Origin: Parcubacteria bacterium C7867-006
GTDB lineage: Bacteria; Patescibacteriota; Minisyncoccia; Phycocordibacterales; DATDWN01
NCBI GenBank assembly: GCA_001189155.1
Contig: LFCP01000004.1
Location: forward strand, 68,782 to 132,781
Direction of reading: 5' to 3'
DNA length: 64,000 bases
The notes beneath the pieces are model-generated. The model had not been told where the DNA came from and searched no databases. It worked only from the letters and a program-made list of their open reading frames with translations. This document shows, piece by piece, positions 59,694 to 64,000 of this stretch (position 1 is its first letter; each line of letters starts with the position of its first letter). The translations under genes and the position numbers were made by a program.

Positions 59694-60128
59694 ATGATAA
59701 ATTTTGAACATCCCGAAGATCGGGAGTATTTTGCTAATTTATTAGCAAATGGAGATGTAAAAAAATTAGACAGAGATTTTTCTGAGCTTTTTGATTTTGA
59801 ACATCTTGCAATGAAAAGATGGAGATTTAATAAGATTAGGAAAAAGATTTTAAAAGAACTTATTGAGAAATACGGCAATGAGTGTCAGTTAAAAATCCAT
59901 CCTGATTGTAGTAAGGTGCAAAAATTTGAACCTGATCACATTATTCCGCTAGCTTCAAATGAGTTAAATAAAAAATTAAGAAAAATGGCTCGTTTTTCCA
60001 GTGAGAAAGTTGAGCAACAGAGTTTCGGATCAAATAATATGAAAAACCTCACTTTGGCATGTAAAAGATGTAATGCTTTCAAAAAACATCGTATGTTTTT
60101 GTCAATAAATTTTGGTCTTCAAAAATGA
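59694..60128 (+). CDS. HNH endonuclease
   Basis: C..C...EPDHIIP...N...C..CN HNH fold motifs; start taken at ATG 59694 downstream of the repeat-bearing leader. Confidence 0.7.
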   Translation: MINFEHPEDREYFANLLANGDVKKLDRDFSELFDFEHLAMKRWRFNKIRKKILKELIEKYGNECQLKIHPDCSKVQKFEPDHIIPLASNELNKKLRKMARFSSEKVEQQSFGSNNMKNLTLACKRCNAFKKHRMFLSINFGLQK

Positions 60129-60147
60129 GCTAAAAAATGTTAAAATC

Positions 60148-61596
60148 ATGGCAATTATGTTTGAACAAGCTTTTAAGAATATAGATAAGATCCTCCGTAA
60201 CGATAATGCGGGTGGCGCGATGGATTATATAGAACAGACTTCCTGGATAATTTTTTTGAAGTATCTAGATGATCTAGAGACTGAACGTGAAAAGTCAGCG
60301 AAACTTTCTGGTAAAAAATACTCTTATATTCTTGATGGAGAATACAGATGGAGTTCTTGGGCATGCCCAATGAGCAAAGATAGAAAAATTGACTATAACA
60401 AAGCCCTTACAGGTGATGATCTCAATACTTTTGTTGACCAGAAACTCTTTCCGTATTTAAAGAAATTCAAATCAGAAAATTCAGATACTATTGAGTATAA
60501 AATTGGAGAGATTTTTAGTGAACTCAAAAATAAAATAAAAAGTGGATATGCTCTGCGTGACATTCTTAATATCGTGAATGGTCTACATTTCCAATCAAGC
60601 GAGGAAAAACATGAACTTTCTCACTTGTATGAGAGTAAAATTGCTGAAATGGGAAATGCTGGTCGTGACGGTGGACAATATTACACTCCTCGTCCACTTA
60701 TTCGAACTATTGTAAAAATGGTAAATCCAAAAATTGGAGAAACAATATACGATGGAGCATGCGGATCAGCAGGGTTTCTTATAGAAGCCTTTGACTATCT
60801 TACAGAAAACAAACAAAAACTTTCTCTCAAGGAGTACCAGACACTTCAGGAAAAAACTTTTTATGGAAAAGAAAAAATTACTTTGCCGTATATTATTGGT
60901 GTAATGAACATGATCTTGCATGGCATAGATGCTCCAAATATTATTCACACAAATACTCTCTCTGAGAATCTTACTGATATTCAAGAAAAAGATCGTTTTG
61001 ATGTCATTCTCGCCAACCCTCCCTTTGGAGGAGGTGAAAGAAAAGAGGTTCAACAAAACTTTCCGATAAAGAGTGGTGAAACTGCATATTTATTCTTGCA
61101 ACATTTTATAAAAAAACTTAAAGCAGGTGGTCGAGCTGGTATTGTAATTAAAAACACATTTCTTTCTAACGGCGATGCCTCAAATTTACGAAAAGAGTTT
61201 TTAAATAGTTGTGATGTTCACACAATTCTAGATTTACCATCTGGAGTATTCCAAGCTGGAGTAAAAACAGTAGTTTTATTTTTTGAGAAAGGTAAGACAA
61301 CAAAGAAAATATGGTATTACCAACTTAATCTTGGTCGAAATTTAGGTAAGGGCAATCCTTTAAGTGAGTTAGACCTGGCGGAATTTGTGAAATTACAGAA
61401 GACAAAAGCAGATAGCGAAAACTCATGGAGTATTAATGTCTCTGATATTGATAAAGAAAGTTTTGATTTATCTGTAAAAAATCCGAGTAAGAAAGATGGT
61501 GGTGTCTTGCGTGAACCAAAAGAAATTATTGATGAAATGCAAAAACTTGATACAGAAATTAAAAGTAGTGTGATGGGTATTCAAAAACTATTATGA
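60148..61596 (+). CDS. hsdM: Type I restriction-modification N6-adenine DNA methyltransferase subunit
   Basis: NPPFGG motif IV, HsdM N-terminal domain, GSAGFL motif I. Confidence 0.9.
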   Translation: MAIMFEQAFKNIDKILRNDNAGGAMDYIEQTSWIIFLKYLDDLETEREKSAKLSGKKYSYILDGEYRWSSWACPMSKDRKIDYNKALTGDDLNTFVDQKLFPYLKKFKSENSDTIEYKIGEIFSELKNKIKSGYALRDILNIVNGLHFQSSEEKHELSHLYESKIAEMGNAGRDGGQYYTPRPLIRTIVKMVNPKIGETIYDGACGSAGFLIEAFDYLTENKQKLSLKEYQTLQEKTFYGKEKITLPYIIGVMNMILHGIDAPNIIHTNTLSENLTDIQEKDRFDVILANPPFGGGERKEVQQNFPIKSGETAYLFLQHFIKKLKAGGRAGIVIKNTFLSNGDASNLRKEFLNSCDVHTILDLPSGVFQAGVKTVVLFFEKGKTTKKIWYYQLNLGRNLGKGNPLSELDLAEFVKLQKTKADSENSWSINVSDIDKESFDLSVKNPSKKDGGVLREPKEIIDEMQKLDTEIKSSVMGIQKLL

Positions 61597-62342
61597 AAAA
61601 ATTTGAGTATAATAAAGAAAATCTCAGATTAATTGCTTTTATTATCGCAAGTGCTTCATCAGGCACACTTTTTACAAAACTTTTACAAGATTCTGGTTGG
61701 AATGTTGTAAGTACAGCATCAGAAGAGTATAGAAAATCTGGTAAATCTAAAGAAGATTATCTTTTTGATCAATTTAATAAGATTGCCGAGGAGGGTAGGA
61801 TAGATGTACTAGAATTTATAATAGATAAGACTCTTTCAAAAAGTAGTGTTTATTTTAAAAAAGGTGATAAAGATTATAAATTTCCTAGAGATTCTTTTGG
61901 TGAACTAAAAAAGAAAGTTGGTAAAAAGGAGAAAAGTGATAAAAAGAAAAATAGCAAATTATTCGATGACAGAAAGTTACATGGATCGGTTGGTTTTGCC
62001 AGCAAAGACCTTTTCGTTTCAGAATTTTATTCACAGTCTATTTTTGAAGCATGTAAACTTTTGAATAAGAGAGTGCAAGAGCTGTCAAAATCTACAAAAG
62101 ATGGAAAGTCATTAATGCTAGATGTTTTTAGTGTAAATAATCCTATTTTAAAAATAAGTGATAATCAATCTCAGTCAGATAAAGATGAGCAAGAAGGATT
62201 TATGCACTTATTTGCAGGTGTTATGCACGGAATTCGGAATCCTAAAGGGCATGAGTTAATAAATCTAATAGATCCACTTAGAACACTAGAGTACCTCAGC
62301 TTTATTAGTCTTCTTTTTAGGAAACTAGATGAATTAAAGTAA
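61593..62342 (+). CDS. Ymh-family (TIGR02391-like) protein with HEPN-type Rx4H motif, inserted between hsdM and hsdS
   Basis: ATGA overlap with hsdM; C-terminal HGIRNPKGHE; positional hallmark between M and S subunits. Confidence 0.5.
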   Translation: MKKFEYNKENLRLIAFIIASASSGTLFTKLLQDSGWNVVSTASEEYRKSGKSKEDYLFDQFNKIAEEGRIDVLEFIIDKTLSKSSVYFKKGDKDYKFPRDSFGELKKKVGKKEKSDKKKNSKLFDDRKLHGSVGFASKDLFVSEFYSQSIFEACKLLNKRVQELSKSTKDGKSLMLDVFSVNNPILKISDNQSQSDKDEQEGFMHLFAGVMHGIRNPKGHELINLIDPLRTLEYLSFISLLFRKLDELK

Positions 62343-62343
62343 T

Positions 62344-64000
62344 ATGAAAACTAGCTGGCAAATAAAAGAACTTGGAGAAATAATTAAATTAGAATATGGA
62401 AAACCACTTCCAGATTCTAAGAGACATCCTGACGGTAAGTATCCTGTATATGGTGCTAATGGGGAAAAAAATAGGACTAACGAATTTTTTTATAATAAAC
62501 CAAGCATAATCGTTGGTCGCAAGGGTTCTGCCGGAGAACTGAATCTAACTGAAGAAAAATTCTGGCCTCTTGATGTAACTTATTTCGTTACTTTTGATTC
62601 CACTAAATATGATTTAGGTTTTATTTATAATCTTCTTAATACATTAGAGCTTACAAAACTAGCAAAGGGTGTAAAGCCGGGAATAAATAGAAATGATGTT
62701 TATTCTATTAAAGTAGATACTCCACCAATCTCTGAGCAAAAGCGAATTGTGAAAAAATTAGATGAGGTTTTTGAGAAAGTAACAAAGGCAAAGGAGGCCG
62801 CAGAAAAAAACCTACAAAATTCGAAAAAGCTCTTTGAGTCCTATTTGAATGGTATCTTTGTGAATCCGAGTAAAGACTGGGATGAAAGATTTCTAGGAGA
62901 AGTATTACAGAAGACAGAAACTGTTGATCCAACAAAAAAACCTAAAGAAAAGTTTGTATATATTGATGTTTCAAGTGTAGATAAGGAAACAAAAGAGATA
63001 GTGAACACATCTTTACTTATAGGAAAAGACGCACCTAGTCGAGCAAGAAAACTAGTTAAAACTAATGATGTTATTTTTGCTACTGTTAGACCAACACATG
63101 CTAGAGTGGCCATAATAACAGAGAAATATAACAACCAAGTTTGTAGCACCGGATATTTTATTTTGAGGACAAATGACCTGATGAATAATAAGTTAGTATT
63201 TTATTTCCTACTCACTTCTAGTTTTAATAGACAGATGGAAAAATTACAAAAGGGCGCAAGTTATCCTGCTGTTACAGATAGTGAAGTAAAAAATATAAAG
63301 ATTTTATTTCCGAAGTCTCTTGCTGAGCAAAAAAAGATTATAGATAAACTTGATGTGCTTTCAATTGAAACAAATAAGTTAGAGAAAATATATAAAAAGA
63401 AACTCGCTTGTTTGGAAGAACTTAAAAAGTCTATTTTAAAACAAGCTTTTGAGGGGAAACTAGTTGTTCAAGAACAAACAAGTTCTCTTCCTGTCCCATC
63501 ACCATATATTCGTAATCAAGTTCATGCTGCGATTGTTGGACAAGTATCAAAAGATGGTGGAGAGACTACAGAAGTTGCTGTCGCTAAATATGACCATTTA
63601 CTACAAGAAATTTTTGGCATATCACTAGGTTATCAATTTCAAACGCATCTATTTGGGCCATTTGATGTAGAAATAAAAAAATTAGTTTCTTCTGGTCTTA
63701 GCCCTAGAAATAGATGGTTTGTAAAAAGAAACGGTATGATTGTCGCTGGTAGTAATATTACTGCATTACTTTCACGTTCAAGTAACTTATATAGAAATGC
63801 ACAGACAGCTATGATTGAACTGGCGAGATTGGGAATAACAAAGATGAATACTGACAAAGTTGAGTTATTATCGACTGTCTGTCATGCAATAAAAGAATGC
63901 AGATCTACTGATTTAAAAATTATTAGAAATTTTATGGATCAATGGCAAACAAACAATAATCAAACAAAGGCTCAAAAATTTTCTTTAGAACAGACTAAAA
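62344..64000 (+). CDS. hsdS: Type I R-M specificity subunit HsdS with two TRDs and an additional C-terminal extension; 3' partial (runs off window)
   Basis: TRD1, central conserved region, TRD2, distal conserved LKKSILKQAFEGKL, then more than 170 further residues; no stop before 64000. Confidence 0.8.
   Translation, partial: MKTSWQIKELGEIIKLEYGKPLPDSKRHPDGKYPVYGANGEKNRTNEFFYNKPSIIVGRKGSAGELNLTEEKFWPLDVTYFVTFDSTKYDLGFIYNLLNTLELTKLAKGVKPGINRNDVYSIKVDTPPISEQKRIVKKLDEVFEKVTKAKEAAEKNLQNSKKLFESYLNGIFVNPSKDWDERFLGEVLQKTETVDPTKKPKEKFVYIDVSSVDKETKEIVNTSLLIGKDAPSRARKLVKTNDVIFATVRPTHARVAIITEKYNNQVCSTGYFILRTNDLMNNKLVFYFLLTSSFNRQMEKLQKGASYPAVTDSEVKNIKILFPKSLAEQKKIIDKLDVLSIETNKLEKIYKKKLACLEELKKSILKQAFEGKLVVQEQTSSLPVPSPYIRNQVHAAIVGQVSKDGGETTEVAVAKYDHLLQEIFGISLGYQFQTHLFGPFDVEIKKLVSSGLSPRNRWFVKRNGMIVAGSNITALLSRSSNLYRNAQTAMIELARLGITKMNTDKVELLSTVCHAIKECRSTDLKIIRNFMDQWQTNNNQTKAQKFSLEQTK

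Noticed and set aside
60112-60147. hsdM start at 60112 (ORF track) overlapping the HNH gene
   Set aside because: Codon at 60112 is TTG; an ATG at 60148 lies 20 nt after the HNH stop and matches HsdM N-terminal alignment better.

Overview
This window is AT-rich (about 33% GC) and minus-strand dominated, and the reduced gene content suggests a CPR/Patescibacteria-like genome, but the phylum call is an inference. Housekeeping genes include uvrA, uvrB, tgt, xseAB, msrAB, murI and a DEAD-box helicase. There is a cluster of large secreted surface proteins (a cadherin-like adhesin, a TSP3-repeat protein and a PG-binding plus FN3 protein). An ECF sigma/anti-sigma pair sits upstream of an extracytoplasmic flavinylation module (FMN-binding protein, ApbE flavin transferase and a membrane FNR-like FAD/NAD reductase). 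A glycosylation cluster contains a GT2-GT9 fusion and a duplicated Nudix plus kinase pair. A tRNA-Gln(UUG) is followed by a copper-resistance operon (csoR with a perfect palindromic operator, copA, DUF305, HMA-DsbD_2 and a cupredoxin-like protein). Downstream lies a mobile/defense island: large serine recombinase, ParB-methylase, HNH and a Type I R-M operon (hsdM, a Ymh/HEPN-like insert, hsdS with a C-terminal extension) that runs off the window end. The most unusual signal is a set of at least seven discrete GC-rich (about 55-60%) islands in this AT-rich background. Each is a self-contained module with a strong GGAGG Shine-Dalgarno and its own GC-rich hairpin terminator, encoding a small hydrophobic or secreted protein (42-295 aa) of no recognisable family. 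Three of these sit between uvrA and uvrB, and two of the three share a duplicated terminator hairpin and a PRLRG C-terminus. One further GC-rich island (5.9-6.3 kb) and a GC-rich element upstream of the tRNA look like structured RNA rather than coding sequence. Two genes are degraded: a LOG-family gene (internal deletion plus frame break) and a CAP-domain gene (homopolymer frameshift).
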